Positions 6,746-16,722 are shown, counted from the stretch's first letter. The stretch: 52,087 bases of DNA from Christensenella sp. UBA3770 (GCA_002371075.1 DFFS01000080.1:1-52087), one strand, 5' to 3'. The notes: a model not told the origin generated them from the letters alone. Translations and numbers: made by a program.

Positions 6746-8623
6746 ATGCCTTTTTTGCCCATTTCACCAAAAGAAGTTAACGGCAGTGTTGACTTTATCG
6801 TCGTCACGGCGGATGCTTACGTGGATCACCCCTCTTTCGGTCACGCGATCATTTCTCGATTGATCGAAGCGGAAGGCTTTTCCGTGGCGATCATTGCACA
6901 GCCGCAATCCGATCAAGACTACAAGCGGTTTGGCGCGCCCAACGTTGCCTTTTTCGTATCCGGCGGGGTGGTGGACAGTATGGTCAACAATTACACCGTG
7001 GCAAAATTGCGCCGCACGACGGACGTGTACAGCGAAGGTGGTGAATACGGCAAACGTCCCGATCGGGCGGTCACCGTTTACACCCGCGCGCTGAAGCGAC
7101 TTTTCCCCAACGTGTCCGTGGCGATCGGGGGCATCGAAGCAAGTTTAAGGAGGTTTGCCCATTACGACTATTGGTCGGACAGCGTGATGCCCTCCGTTCT
7201 TGTCTCTTCGGGGGCAGACCTGCTTATGTACGGCATGGGAGAGCGCCCGCTTTGGGATATTTTGGCGCTTGTCAAAAAGGGCGTTCCGTTCAAAAACATC
7301 AAGGACGTCAGGGGCACCTCATATTTTGCTAAATTTTCTGATTTATCCGATAAAAACAGGGAAACGTTTCAAACGAAAGCCAAGTTCTGTCCTTCCTTTG
7401 AGGAGGTATTGTCGGACAAGGTCAAATACGTAAAAGCCTTTAAGATGCAGTCAGAAGAGAGCGATTATGTAACGGGCTCGCTTTTGGTTCAAAAACACGC
7501 AGACGGATACGTCATACAAAACCCGCCGCAAAAACCGCTTTCCACAGAGGAAATGGACCGTGTTTACGCGCTTCCTTTTATGAGGAATTATCATCCTTCC
7601 TACACAAAAGGAGTTCCCGCCATCAAGGAAGTCAAGTTCAGCATCGCTTCGGTTCGCGGTTGCTTCGGAGAGTGCTCATACTGCGCTCTGACTTATCACC
7701 AGGGGCGCAGGGTACAAAACCGTTCCAAAGAGTCCATTTTGCGCGAGGCAAAAATCCTGGTTGCCGATCCGGATTTTAAGGGGTATATCCACGACGTCGG
7801 CGGTCCTACGGCGGACTTTTACGGCGACGCTTGCGACAAACAGCAAAAATGCGGTGTGTGCAAAAACAAACGCTGCATCGGGTTTTCTCCGTGCAAAAAT
7901 CTCAAAGTGCATCACGAGGAATATCTTGACATCTTGCGTTCGCTCCGCGCTTTGCCCGGTGTCAAAAAGGTGTTTGTCAGAAGCGGGGTGCGTTTCGATT
8001 ATATGATGTACGACAAGGACAAAACCTTTTTCCGCGAGCTTTTGGAGCATCACGTCAGCGGACAGCTCAAAGTTGCGCCCGAACATTGTTCGGAAAAGGT
8101 GCTTTCCTATATGAACAAGCCGCCGTTCCCCGTCTATTTGCAGTTTAAAAAGCAGTTTGAAGACATCAACAAGGAGATTGGAAAGGAGCAATACCTCGTT
8201 CCGTACTTTATCTCCTCACACCCGGGGTCCACCCTTAATGACGCCATTGATCTTGCCGTATATCTTCATTCCATACATTCTGTGCCGGAGCAAGTGCAGG
8301 ATTTTTATCCCACGCCATCCACCAAATCGACGTGCATGTATTATACGGGGCTCAATCCCGATGACCTTTCTCCCGTTTACGTTCCGAGAACGCGCGAAGA
8401 AAAGCGGGAGCAACGCGCCCTTTTACAGTACGGAAAACCCGAGAATTACGAGCTTGTCTACGCCGCTTTGACCAAAGCGGGGCGCACCGATCTTATCGGA
8501 AACGGACAGGGGGCATTGATCCGTCCGCGTTCGCAAAAGACAATGTCTTACGGCGCAAGCAGACCCATCACGCAAAGAAAAAAGGAAAATCAACTCTATC
8601 GCGGTGTAAAAAGAAAAAAGTGA
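6746..8623 (+). CDS. ygiQ: YgiQ-family (UPF0313) radical SAM protein
   Basis: N-terminus MPFLPISPKE...DFIVVTADAYVDHPSFG is typical of YgiQ. Radical-SAM CxxxCxxC is present as CFGECSYC. The basic C-terminal tail fits the family. Confidence 0.9.
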   Translation: MPFLPISPKEVNGSVDFIVVTADAYVDHPSFGHAIISRLIEAEGFSVAIIAQPQSDQDYKRFGAPNVAFFVSGGVVDSMVNNYTVAKLRRTTDVYSEGGEYGKRPDRAVTVYTRALKRLFPNVSVAIGGIEASLRRFAHYDYWSDSVMPSVLVSSGADLLMYGMGERPLWDILALVKKGVPFKNIKDVRGTSYFAKFSDLSDKNRETFQTKAKFCPSFEEVLSDKVKYVKAFKMQSEESDYVTGSLLVQKHADGYVIQNPPQKPLSTEEMDRVYALPFMRNYHPSYTKGVPAIKEVKFSIASVRGCFGECSYCALTYHQGRRVQNRSKESILREAKILVADPDFKGYIHDVGGPTADFYGDACDKQQKCGVCKNKRCIGFSPCKNLKVHHEEYLDILRSLRALPGVKKVFVRSGVRFDYMMYDKDKTFFRELLEHHVSGQLKVAPEHCSEKVLSYMNKPPFPVYLQFKKQFEDINKEIGKEQYLVPYFISSHPGSTLNDAIDLAVYLHSIHSVPEQVQDFYPTPSTKSTCMYYTGLNPDDLSPVYVPRTREEKREQRALLQYGKPENYELVYAALTKAGRTDLIGNGQGALIRPRSQKTMSYGASRPITQRKKENQLYRGVKRKK

Positions 8624-8649
8624 CATTTGCTTTTCAAGCATAAAACCAT

Positions 8650-8685
8650 CCGTTCGGCAATATGAATAGTCGAGCGGTTTTTTTG
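8650..8685 (+). terminator. Possible rho-independent terminator after ygiQ
   Basis: CCGTTCG (8650-8656) pairs with CGAGCGG (8671-8677) with one G-U pair and a large loop, followed by a 7-T run. Confidence 0.35.
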
Positions 8686-8776
8686 TTTCAAACAAGATTT
8701 GCGCCTTTTCGGCAATAATCCATTTCCATCGACAAAAAGCGCCGTTCAAAATACTGTATTTTATCCGAGGTAGCCG

Positions 8777-9544
8777 ATGTTTGTCGTATTGAAGAGAAAG
8801 AGTATCGTCAAAGCGCTGATCGTTGTGATCGTGTTCGTTTCCTGCGTGGTTTGCTTGAGTTTTGCCGACGTGGAGCGAACGGTGTTTGCGAAAAGTCAAA
8901 AAAAACTCCCCGTTTATCGGGTGGACAATGGGGAAGAAAAGACCATCGCTATTTCCTTTGACGCGGCTTGGGGTGCGGATAAGACCAAAAAGATCGTCGA
9001 CATCTTAAAAGAGCGCAACGTAAAAGCCACGTTTTTTCTGGTCGGCTTTTGGGTGGACGCGTATAAGGATGAGGTCGTCTATATCGCCGATAACGGCATG
9101 GAGATAGGCAACCACAGCAAAAACCACTTGCATATGAGTACGCTTGACAAGCAAAAGGCAAAGGAAGAGATCGAATACGTCAATGTTGTCGTCAGAAATC
9201 TGACGGGGGTCACGCCAAAAGTGTTCCGCGCGCCGTTTGGGGAATACGACGACAAGTTGATCTCGTGCATTGAAGAGTGCGGTATGACCCCCATCCAATG
9301 GGACGTGGACAGTTTGGATTGGAAAGGGATCTCCGCAGATGAGATCGTAAAACGCGTTGTAGGAAAAACAACGAGCGGCTCGATCATTTTGTGCCACAAC
9401 AACAGTGATCACATTTTGGAAGCGCTCCCCGTGATCTTGGATGAACTGACGGCAAAAGGCTATAAATTCGTGACGATGAGCGAACTCGCCTACGCCGAAA
9501 ACTACACGATAGATGCACAAGGAGTGCAACATAAAAACCAATAA
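8777..9544 (+). CDS. Polysaccharide deacetylase (NodB-domain, PdaB-like) with N-terminal membrane anchor
   Basis: NodB motifs SFDAAWG and GNHSKNH, then RAPFGEY, and LCHNN near the end. N-terminal hydrophobic segment ALIVVIVFVSCVVCL. Confidence 0.85.
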   Translation: MFVVLKRKSIVKALIVVIVFVSCVVCLSFADVERTVFAKSQKKLPVYRVDNGEEKTIAISFDAAWGADKTKKIVDILKERNVKATFFLVGFWVDAYKDEVVYIADNGMEIGNHSKNHLHMSTLDKQKAKEEIEYVNVVVRNLTGVTPKVFRAPFGEYDDKLISCIEECGMTPIQWDVDSLDWKGISADEIVKRVVGKTTSGSIILCHNNSDHILEALPVILDELTAKGYKFVTMSELAYAENYTIDAQGVQHKNQ

Positions 9545-9553
9545 GGAGAGAGT

Positions 9554-10192
9554 ATGAACTACGAAGAAATGAATAATAACCGCGTTATGTTGACGGGAAA
9601 AGTTACGGAAGAGGCAAAGTTCAGCCACGAAGTGTTTGGAGAGGGGTTTTACGAGATCAAATTGGAGGTGCCGCGCCTCTCCGCGCAAACGGACGTTTTG
9701 CCGGTTACCGTTTCGGAAAGGCTGCTCTCCTGTCACGATGCCTCGGTGGGGGCGACCTTGTCCGTCATCGGACAATTCAGAAGTTACAATAAGCTGGAGC
9801 AGGAAAGGAGCCGTTTGATGTTGACGGTGTTTGCAAGGGACATTTCGGAAGCAGACGACGAACCCAATCCCAACGTTATAGAACTGGAAGGTTATATTTG
9901 CAAGCCGCCCCTTTATAGGACCACTCCGTTCAAAAGAGAAATTTGCGACATTTTACTTGCGGTAAACCGGGCGTATAACAAGTCGGATTACATTCCTTGC
10001 ATCGCTTGGGGAAGAAATGCGCGCTATGTCAACGGTCTTTCGGTGGGAGATCGCATTGCCGTGCAGGGCAGGATCCAAAGCCGGGAGTATCAAAAGATCA
10101 AAGAGGACGGTGAACAGATCACAAAAACCGCTTACGAGGTGTCCATCAGTCGCGTTACGTCCGTCAGCAGCGAAGTAAAACAAGCAAATTGA
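9554..10192 (+). CDS. Tandem OB-fold single-stranded-DNA-binding-like protein (no acidic C-terminal tip)
   Basis: Two SSB/PriB-like OB repeats: NRVMLTGKVTEE...DVLPVTV and NVIELEGYICKPP...IPCIAWGRNARYV...GDRIAVQGRIQSREY. GGAGAG SD upstream. Confidence 0.6.
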   Translation: MNYEEMNNNRVMLTGKVTEEAKFSHEVFGEGFYEIKLEVPRLSAQTDVLPVTVSERLLSCHDASVGATLSVIGQFRSYNKLEQERSRLMLTVFARDISEADDEPNPNVIELEGYICKPPLYRTTPFKREICDILLAVNRAYNKSDYIPCIAWGRNARYVNGLSVGDRIAVQGRIQSREYQKIKEDGEQITKTAYEVSISRVTSVSSEVKQAN

Positions 10193-10225
10193 ACAGAAAA
10201 GAGGGGTTTTGCGTTTCGCTTATAC

Positions 10226-10254
10226 TTTACAAAACTTGTTAAGAATGGTATAAT
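10226..10254 (+). promoter_or_regulatory. Sigma-A-type promoter of yggS-sepF (TTTACA-17-TGgTATAAT); the -10 ends 7 nt before the ATG
   Basis: TTTACA 10226-10231, 17-nt spacer ending in TGG, TATAAT 10249-10254, then TTATACC and ATG 10262. Confidence 0.65.
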
Positions 10255-10261
10255 TTATACC

Positions 10262-10936
10262 ATGAATACCGTTGAAACCGTCGTCGAGAATTATGACAGG
10301 GTGCTTTCTGAGGTAAAATCACTCTCTCCGAACGCCACTCTTGTTCTTGCCAGCAAAATGGTCCCCAAAGAAGTTTTAGAGGGGCTGGCATCTCGTCGCA
10401 AGGTTATCTTTGGCGAGAACCGTGTGCAGGAGTTGCTTTCCAAGTATTTTGAAAGCGAGTCGCTCACCTGGCACTTTATCGGAAGGTTGCAAACCAACAA
10501 GGTAAAGTACATTGTGGACAAGGTCTCCTTGATCCAATCCGTGGATTCCGTGCGCCTAGCGGAAGAGATCGAAAAACGCTCCGCGCAAATCAAAAAGACC
10601 ATGGATATCCTCATTGAAGTAAACGTCGGCGGGGAAGTGAGCAAGGGCGGCGTCTCGGAAAAGGAGCTTGAAGCCCTACTCGATGCCGTTTCGCATATGG
10701 AACATCTCCGTCTTGTCGGACTTATGAGCGTACTCCCCGAAGCGGAGGAAGCAGCGCTTGTTCCCTTGTATAAACGGTTGTATGACCTTTATATAAAGGT
10801 CGCGCAAATCAAAAAAAGCAATTTCGACGTTCACATCCTCTCTGCGGGGATGAGCGGCGATTACGTCGTCGCGTTAAAAAACGGAAGCAATATGGTGCGT
10901 CTCGGAAGCAAGGTTTTCGGCGCGCGCAATTATTGA
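10262..10936 (+). CDS. yggS: YggS/YlmE-family PLP homeostasis protein
   Basis: LVLASKMVPKE carries the PLP lysine. FGENRVQEL, WHFIGRLQTNKVKY and LSAGMSGDY are hallmark YggS motifs. Confidence 0.92.
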   Translation: MNTVETVVENYDRVLSEVKSLSPNATLVLASKMVPKEVLEGLASRRKVIFGENRVQELLSKYFESESLTWHFIGRLQTNKVKYIVDKVSLIQSVDSVRLAEEIEKRSAQIKKTMDILIEVNVGGEVSKGGVSEKELEALLDAVSHMEHLRLVGLMSVLPEAEEAALVPLYKRLYDLYIKVAQIKKSNFDVHILSAGMSGDYVVALKNGSNMVRLGSKVFGARNY

Positions 10937-10951
10937 ACTTAGGAGGAAAGT

Positions 10952-11446
10952 ATGTCAAATCGGGATTATGACAGGGATTACGACAGAAGGGACGCCGCGC
11001 GTTCGCGCTTGTTTGAGGGGCTTGACGATCCGTTTGAGCGCCCAAACGCGGAAACGACTGATCGCGGCGGTTATGCACAGCAACAACGCAGACCTTATCC
11101 CGAGAGACCGCCGATGGGCAGTGATTTTCCCCGTTACGGACAACGGGAGGATGCTGCTCCCGCATATTCCGATTATCCCGGCAACGGCAACGTGACGATC
11201 TATTCGCCCAAGACGTACGCCGACGTGCAGGATATGATCGATAACCTCAAAAGGAACGAATCCATCATCGTCAATTTGGACGGCATCGAGTCGGAGTCGG
11301 CGCAGCGCATTTTGGATTTTTTAAGCGGCGCGGCATATGCTATCGGCGGAAGCATGAGACGTGTGAAAGAGATGCATTCCACCTTTTTGATCACCCCGCA
11401 GGGGACGGGGATCACGGATACAAATGACAGTCGTAATTCTCGTTGA
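10952..11446 (+). CDS. sepF: Cell division protein SepF (YlmF)
   Basis: Disordered N-terminus, then the conserved SepF core VTIYSPKTYADVQDMIDNLKRNESIIVNLDGIESESAQRILDFLSGAAYAIGGSM. It sits next to yggS as in the Bacillus ylm operon. Confidence 0.9.
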   Translation: MSNRDYDRDYDRRDAARSRLFEGLDDPFERPNAETTDRGGYAQQQRRPYPERPPMGSDFPRYGQREDAAPAYSDYPGNGNVTIYSPKTYADVQDMIDNLKRNESIIVNLDGIESESAQRILDFLSGAAYAIGGSMRRVKEMHSTFLITPQGTGITDTNDSRNSR

Positions 11447-11999
11447 CCTTTTGATCGTGGCGGTGCTTGTTGCCGCTGATCTTGTTTCCAAATACTATGC
11501 GGCTTCTCTTTTGCCCGCGCATGGCGGAAGCTACGAAGCCATCAAAAACGTCCTGACCTTTCGCTATAGCGAAAACACGGGCGCGGCTTTCGGTATTTTT
11601 GAAAACTCCCGTGTGTTTTTGTGCGTTTTCGTCGCCGTCGTGCTACTTGCACTCATTGGGTTTATGGCGTATCACATTGCCAAGAACAAACACAAAGAAA
11701 AGGGCGGAATGTTTTTGCACGTAGCGCTCTCCATGATCCTTGCCGGCGGGATCGGCAACCTTGTGGATAGGATCGCGCTCGGCTACGTCAGGGATTTTAT
11801 TGAATACACGATTGTTTACACCTTGTTCAAAAAGGATTTTGCCATCTGCAATCTTGCGGACGTGTTTTTGACGGTCGGCGTGATATTGATCGCCGGTTAT
11901 TTGATTTGGTCGCTGTTTAACGACAACAAAAAAGAGAAGGAAACGCAGCCCGTTTCCGAACCCAACGCGGATCAACCGAAAGATGGGGAACAAAACTGA
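11424..11999 (+). CDS. lspA: Lipoprotein signal peptidase (signal peptidase II)
   Basis: NTGAAFGIF and GGIGNLVDRI motifs with 4 TM segments. Confidence 0.9.
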   Translation: MTVVILVDLLIVAVLVAADLVSKYYAASLLPAHGGSYEAIKNVLTFRYSENTGAAFGIFENSRVFLCVFVAVVLLALIGFMAYHIAKNKHKEKGGMFLHVALSMILAGGIGNLVDRIALGYVRDFIEYTIVYTLFKKDFAICNLADVFLTVGVILIAGYLIWSLFNDNKKEKETQPVSEPNADQPKDGEQN

Positions 12000-12915
12000 C
12001 ATGAAAGAGCGTTTTACCTCGGACAAAGACAATTTGCGTTTGGACGTTTTTCTTGCGGAAAAGACGGATAAGACCCGTTCCGCCGTTGCCAAGGCAATCG
12101 AGGAGGGAAGGGTGCTTTTAAATGGGAAAGCTCCGTCAAAAACCGGCGTAAAGATCTCTTTGGGAGACGTCGTTGAGGTGGACATCCCCGATCCTCGTCC
12201 GATCTCTGCAAAAGCGCAAGATATCCCCATCGACATTTTGTATGAAGACAACGACATAGTCGTTGTAAACAAGCCGCAAGGCATGGTGACCCATCCGGCA
12301 AGCGGGTCACCCGACGGCACACTTGTAAACGCGCTCCTTTATCGCGTATCCGATCTCAGTGGGATCAACGGGGAGATCCGCCCCGGCATCGTGCACCGTT
12401 TGGACAAGGATACCTCCGGCGTGTTGGTGGTTGCCAAAAACGACGCTGCTCACCTTGCCTTATCCAAGCAGATATCCACAAAAAAAGCATTGCGTTATTA
12501 CTATGCTTTGGTTGTCGGAAACATAGCGGAGGACGAGGGAAAGATCGAAAAGAGCATTGCGCGAAGCAAAAAGGACCGCAAACAAATGGCGGTTTCGGAA
12601 GAGGGGCGAAACGCGTTGACACTTTATAAGGTGATAGAACGTTTTAAGGGCTATACGCTTGTGGAATGCGAGCTCAGAACGGGGCGAACGCATCAGATCC
12701 GCGTTCATATGAAAAGCATCGGGCACCCTGTCGTTGGGGATCCGGTTTACGGAAAGGCAAGTCCTTTGGCGCCTTTCGGACAACTTTTGCACGCGCATAA
12801 ATTGGTTTTGTATCATCCCGTAAGCGGGCAACAAATGACCTTTACTGCCCCTGTCAACGAAGCGTTTGCTTCGGCCCTTTCCAAACTTGGGTTTTCGGGC
12901 GATCTCAATAAATAA
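11983..12915 (+). CDS. rluD: 23S rRNA pseudouridine synthase, RluD subfamily
   Basis: N-terminal S4 domain (RLDVFLAEK...SRSAVAKAIEEGRVLLNGK). Catalytic motif HRLDKDTSGVLVVAK, plus GRTHQIRVH. ATG 12001 is an alternative start. Confidence 0.9.
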   Translation: MGNKTDMKERFTSDKDNLRLDVFLAEKTDKTRSAVAKAIEEGRVLLNGKAPSKTGVKISLGDVVEVDIPDPRPISAKAQDIPIDILYEDNDIVVVNKPQGMVTHPASGSPDGTLVNALLYRVSDLSGINGEIRPGIVHRLDKDTSGVLVVAKNDAAHLALSKQISTKKALRYYYALVVGNIAEDEGKIEKSIARSKKDRKQMAVSEEGRNALTLYKVIERFKGYTLVECELRTGRTHQIRVHMKSIGHPVVGDPVYGKASPLAPFGQLLHAHKLVLYHPVSGQQMTFTAPVNEAFASALSKLGFSGDLNK

Positions 12916-12916
12916 A

Positions 12917-14599
12917 TCAGTTTTTGTTTTTCTCGTGAGCGTCGGGTTTGACGACGATCGTTTTGTAATCGGTATAGTAAACCAAGCCGACTTTTTTTGC
13001 CGGGTGTCGGCGAACGTTTTTGCGCTTTGTGTAATCCACCGAAACCGTTTGATCCGCGCGTCGCTCAGAGTAATAGGCGGCGATCTCGGCGGCAAAAAGC
13101 AGCGCCTCGTCCGAAATATCCTTCTCCTCGGGGGAGAGGATCACGTGAGCGCCGTGCGACTTAGCGGCGTGTAGCCAAACGTCGTTTTCCTTTCCGAGTT
13201 TGAACGTGACGTATTCGTTTTGCAAGCCGCCTTTGCCGCAGTAGATTTTGCACCCGAAAGCACAAAAGCTCATCGCACGGGCAGGCGCGTCCTTAACGCG
13301 TGCTTTCCGTTGCGTTTTCAGCAAACCCGCTTCGCGCATCTCCTCTTCGGCAATGGATAGATCCTGCACGGTTTCCGCCATTTTTATCTGCGCCGAAAGC
13401 GCTTCGTAATAGAGCAAATTGTCTTGGTTTTGCTTGAGCATGGCACGGTTGATCTCAACGCCGCGTTTGAGTTTTTGATAGCGTTTGAACAGTTTTTGCG
13501 CATACTCGTTGGGACGCAAAATGGGGTCAAGCGGAATGACCCTTTCACAGCCGGCGTAATAGTCGAAAACGGTAACTTCACGGTCGCGCGGCTTGATCTT
13601 GTATAGGTTTGTGGTGATCAGCTCCGCAAGGGTGCGTATCTCTTCCGCCTTTTCCTCGTCGTTGATCTTTTCCGTGATGACGTCAATGGAATTTTTGGCT
13701 TTTTTCACCGCAAGGTCCAAGGCGTGTTCAAGGGATTTTGCAGCGGTTTTGATGCGGGATTCCCTATCCGCCACGGAGTAGATCTCGTCGGCGGAGGCAT
13801 TTAACGATTCGCGGCTTTCCGTTGTGGCAAACGGGTAGCGATAGGGATAATAATCCATCGGTTCCGACGTAACGCACGGGGCGTAATAAGGGGAAGAAAA
13901 CACCTCCGCAAAATCGCTTGCGACGGAGGCGACTCCCGCAGGGGAAACGTCACCGTTTTGCTCGGCAACGTACAAAATCGTTTTTGCGGAGGGGACGGAG
14001 GCGCCTGCTGCCTTTTTGACGAGAACGTCCTTATATTCTGCGGGGTCACTGCTTGACAAAAGCTCGGTCAAGCTTTGTTTATCTCCGATAAAAACCTTGT
14101 TTTGTTCGGGAGGAAGATACTTTGCGCCGATCATGATCTGACGTTTTTGTTTTTCGTCCGGGATCAGTTTGTAGAGGGAGTCCAAGATGCGGCGCTCTTT
14201 GTTGAGGAGAATGATGTTGCTGTAGCGTCCCATCAGCTCGCAAACGAGATAAAAATCTTCGTCGTCAAACATCTCGTTTCTTGCGGAAAGAGAGATCTCG
14301 ATGATACGATCTTCCGAAATCGTTTTGATGCCCCTGATCACCGCCGAGCCGACGTGTTTTCTGAGGATCATCAAAAGGGGCGGGGCAGCATAAGGGTTTT
14401 CCTTTTTTACGGTGGTCAAATGGATGCGCGGACTGTTTGGATTTGCGCTGATCACAAGAAGAAGATTCGTGCGTCCGTTGTAGACGCTGACGGTGATCTC
14501 GTCCTTTTCAGGTTGGCAGATCCTTCTTATTTTGCCGCCCGAAAGCTTTGCGTTAAGCTCGGCGGCGAGTGCGTTTAACGTGATAAAATCGCTTGGCAT
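12917..14599 (-). CDS. rqcH: Ribosome quality-control NFACT protein RqcH (formerly fibronectin-binding protein A family)
   Basis: NFACT-N start MPSDFITLNALAAELNAKLSGGKIRRICQP, a central coiled coil, and an NFACT-R/DUF814 end (DVWLHAAKSHGAHVIL). Confidence 0.9.
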   Translation of the reverse strand: MPSDFITLNALAAELNAKLSGGKIRRICQPEKDEITVSVYNGRTNLLLVISANPNSPRIHLTTVKKENPYAAPPLLMILRKHVGSAVIRGIKTISEDRIIEISLSARNEMFDDEDFYLVCELMGRYSNIILLNKERRILDSLYKLIPDEKQKRQIMIGAKYLPPEQNKVFIGDKQSLTELLSSSDPAEYKDVLVKKAAGASVPSAKTILYVAEQNGDVSPAGVASVASDFAEVFSSPYYAPCVTSEPMDYYPYRYPFATTESRESLNASADEIYSVADRESRIKTAAKSLEHALDLAVKKAKNSIDVITEKINDEEKAEEIRTLAELITTNLYKIKPRDREVTVFDYYAGCERVIPLDPILRPNEYAQKLFKRYQKLKRGVEINRAMLKQNQDNLLYYEALSAQIKMAETVQDLSIAEEEMREAGLLKTQRKARVKDAPARAMSFCAFGCKIYCGKGGLQNEYVTFKLGKENDVWLHAAKSHGAHVILSPEEKDISDEALLFAAEIAAYYSERRADQTVSVDYTKRKNVRRHPAKKVGLVYYTDYKTIVVKPDAHEKNKN

Positions 14600-14605
14600 A
14601 TTTGA

Positions 14606-14634
14606 ATTCTAACACAAGCGCCCCTTCTTTTCAA
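14606..14634 (-). promoter_or_regulatory. Sigma-A-type promoter of rqcH (TTGAAA-17-TGtTAGAAT); the -10 ends 6 nt before the ATG
   Basis: On the minus strand: TTGAAA (14634-14629), 17-nt spacer ending in TGT, TAGAAT (14611-14606), TCAAAT, then ATG (14599-14597). Confidence 0.65.
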
Positions 14635-14651
14635 CAATAAAATAAAAATAC

Positions 14652-14680
14652 TTGCAACATATATATATTTATGATATTAT
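14652..14680 (+). promoter_or_regulatory. Sigma-A-type promoter of tig (TTGCAA-17-TATTAT)
   Basis: TTGCAA 14652-14657, 17-nt spacer, TATTAT 14675-14680. GGAGGA SD at 14699-14704 and ATG at 14712. Confidence 0.5.
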
Positions 14681-14711
14681 TTATTTTGCAATTCTATACG
14701 GAGGATTAAAC

Positions 14712-16058
14712 ATGAGCAACAAAAACATTTTAAAAGTATCCGTCAAAAGCGGCAAAGAGACCAAAGAGTTCGATCTTTCTTACGATCTGAAAAAGTCCCC
14801 TTTGACGGAAGTGTATTCTTTTGTCGTTGACGGCGACCTTTGGAAGGTGTGTTCCGACCGCGCCTTTTTTGAGAACAAAGGTAAGTTTAACGTTCTCGGC
14901 TTCAGAAAGGGGCACGCGCCGCGTTCCGTTATTGAAAACAACTACGGCAAGGACGTGTTCGTCGCCGATACGGAAGAAGTCGTCGTAAACGAAGTTTACA
15001 ATGCCTTGATGGACACCAAGACCATTGACGCAGATCGTTTGGCGATGCGTCCCGCTTTGGACGTTTCCGCTTTGGAAAACGGCAAGGTGGCGTTTTCTCT
15101 GACCGTCGCGTATCTTCCCGAAGCCAAGGACCTCGTTTACACCGGTTTGGACATTGAAAAAGTCCTTCCCGACGTGGACGGTGCCGTTGAGAACGAGATT
15201 TCCGTCGCTCGCGACAGGGCGGGCTATTGGAAGGAAGTCAAGCGCAAAGCAAAGAAGGGCGATCAAATCAACCTGGACTACAGCGGTTCTGTGGACGGCG
15301 TGAAGTTTGACGGCGGCACCGCCGAAAAGCAAAACCTCGTTCTCGGCAGCGGCAGCTTTATCCCGGGGTTTGAGGATCAACTTATCGGTGCCAAAACGGG
15401 CGAAAGCAAGGACGTTGTCGTCACTTTCCCCGAGGATTACCACGCAAAGGATCTTGCCGGGAAAGAGGCGGTCTTTGCCTGCAAGGTCAATTCCGTCAGC
15501 GAAAAGGTCCTTCCCGAGTTGGACGATGACTTTGCCAAGGACGTAAGCGAGTTTGACACGTTTGAAGCGTACAAAGAGGATATCCGCAAAAAGGCAGAGG
15601 AGCGCGAGGTGAAAAACGCCGAGATCGCAACTTCCAACCGCATCATCGAGACCATTGTCCAAAAGAATCCCATTGAGATGTCGGAGGCTCTTATTGAAAA
15701 CCGCGCTGATCGCATGCTTCAGGATATGAAGAATCGTATGGAGAGCCAAGGCATTCCGTTTGCGACGTATATGCAGTACATCGGCAAGACCGAAGCGGAC
15801 ATGATCGAGGGCTATAAAGCGGAGGCAAAGGAGCGCGAGATCACGCGTTTCATCATGAACTACATCGTCGAAAAGGAAAACATCCAAGTCACGCAGGCGG
15901 ATTTTGACGCCGCTATTGAGGTCAGAGCCGCTTCCGCAGGGAAGAAGGCGGGGGATTACAGACGCAATTTGTCGCAGGACGAGGCGGATTACATCCTCAA
16001 CACTCTTATGACCGACAAGATCATTAAATTCCTTTCCGATAACAACAATATCAAGTAA
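14712..16058 (+). CDS. tig: Trigger factor
   Basis: Ribosome-binding signature [13 protein letters not shown]-type PPIase core (VKFDGG...[15 protein letters not shown]) and a C-terminal helical arm domain. The SD favours ATG 14712 over the ORF-track TTG 14652. Confidence 0.92.
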   Translation: MSNKNILKVSVKSGKETKEFDLSYDLKKSPLTEVYSFVVDGDLWKVCSDRAFFENKGKFNVLGFRKGHAPRSVIENNYGKDVFVADTEEVVVNEVYNALMDTKTIDADRLAMRPALDVSALENGKVAFSLTVAYLPEAKDLVYTGLDIEKVLPDVDGAVENEISVARDRAGYWKEVKRKAKKGDQINLDYSGSVDGVKFDGGTAEKQNLVLGSGSFIPGFEDQLIGAKTGESKDVVVTFPEDYHAKDLAGKEAVFACKVNSVSEKVLPELDDDFAKDVSEFDTFEAYKEDIRKKAEEREVKNAEIATSNRIIETIVQKNPIEMSEALIENRADRMLQDMKNRMESQGIPFATYMQYIGKTEADMIEGYKAEAKEREITRFIMNYIVEKENIQVTQADFDAAIEVRAASAGKKAGDYRRNLSQDEADYILNTLMTDKIIKFLSDNNNIK

Positions 16059-16104
16059 TATTCGACAGAGAACTGTCAATAAAAATAAAAAGCGAGGTGA
16101 AAAA

Positions 16105-16710
16105 ATGGAAAAGAAAAATAATAATTTGGTAATTCCTATGGTCGTTGACCAAACCACTCGCGGGGAAAGATCTTACGACATTTATTCGCGCCTTTTGGAG
16201 GATAGGATCATCTTTTTGTCCGGTCCCATCTCCTCCGAGGTGGCAAATCTTGTGATCGCGCAGCTCATCTATTTGGAAGCCAAGGATCCCTCCAAGGACA
16301 TCTTCCTTTATATCAACAGCCCGGGCGGCAGCGTGAACGACGGTTTGGCGATCATCGATACGATGAATTATATCAAATGCGACGTCAACACGATCTGCAT
16401 CGGCAGCGCGATGAGCATGGGCGCGTTGATCCTTGCATGCGGCGCAAAAGGCAAGCGCTATGCTTTGCCCAATTCCGAGATCATGATCCATCAGGTGCTG
16501 ATCTCCGGCGGGCTTTCCGGTCCCGCGACCGACATTGAGATCTACACCAAAAACCTTCTTCGCAACAAAGAGCGTCTTAACAAGATCATCAGCGAAAAGA
16601 GCGGTCAGCCGTATGAGAAAGTTTGTCAAGACACAGAGCGCGACAACTTTATGACGGCGGAAGAAGCGTTAAACTACGGCTTAATTGACAAAATTTATTA
16701 TAACCGTTAA
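16105..16710 (+). CDS. clpP: ATP-dependent Clp protease proteolytic subunit
   Basis: [28 protein letters not shown] (active Ser) and MIHQ (His). GAGGTG SD upstream. Confidence 0.97.
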   Translation: MEKKNNNLVIPMVVDQTTRGERSYDIYSRLLEDRIIFLSGPISSEVANLVIAQLIYLEAKDPSKDIFLYINSPGGSVNDGLAIIDTMNYIKCDVNTICIGSAMSMGALILACGAKGKRYALPNSEIMIHQVLISGGLSGPATDIEIYTKNLLRNKERLNKIISEKSGQPYEKVCQDTERDNFMTAEEALNYGLIDKIYYNR

Positions 16711-16722
16711 AACGGAGGCAGG

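Noticed and set aside
16059-16104. CtsR operator (GGTCAAA repeat) or CIRCE element upstream of clpP, and likewise upstream of lon at 17959-17976
   Set aside because: Neither motif is present. The spacers are short, and the genes are probably co-transcribed with tig.
14730-16157. 475-aa ORF on the minus strand spanning the whole of tig and the tig-clpP spacer
   Set aside because: It is exactly antisense to a gene with unmistakable trigger-factor motifs. It has no SD or promoter. The product is a low-complexity Leu/Val/Phe/Arg/Asp-rich sequence with no recognisable motif. This is typical of stop-poor antisense frames in genes rich in GAA, GAC and AAG codons.
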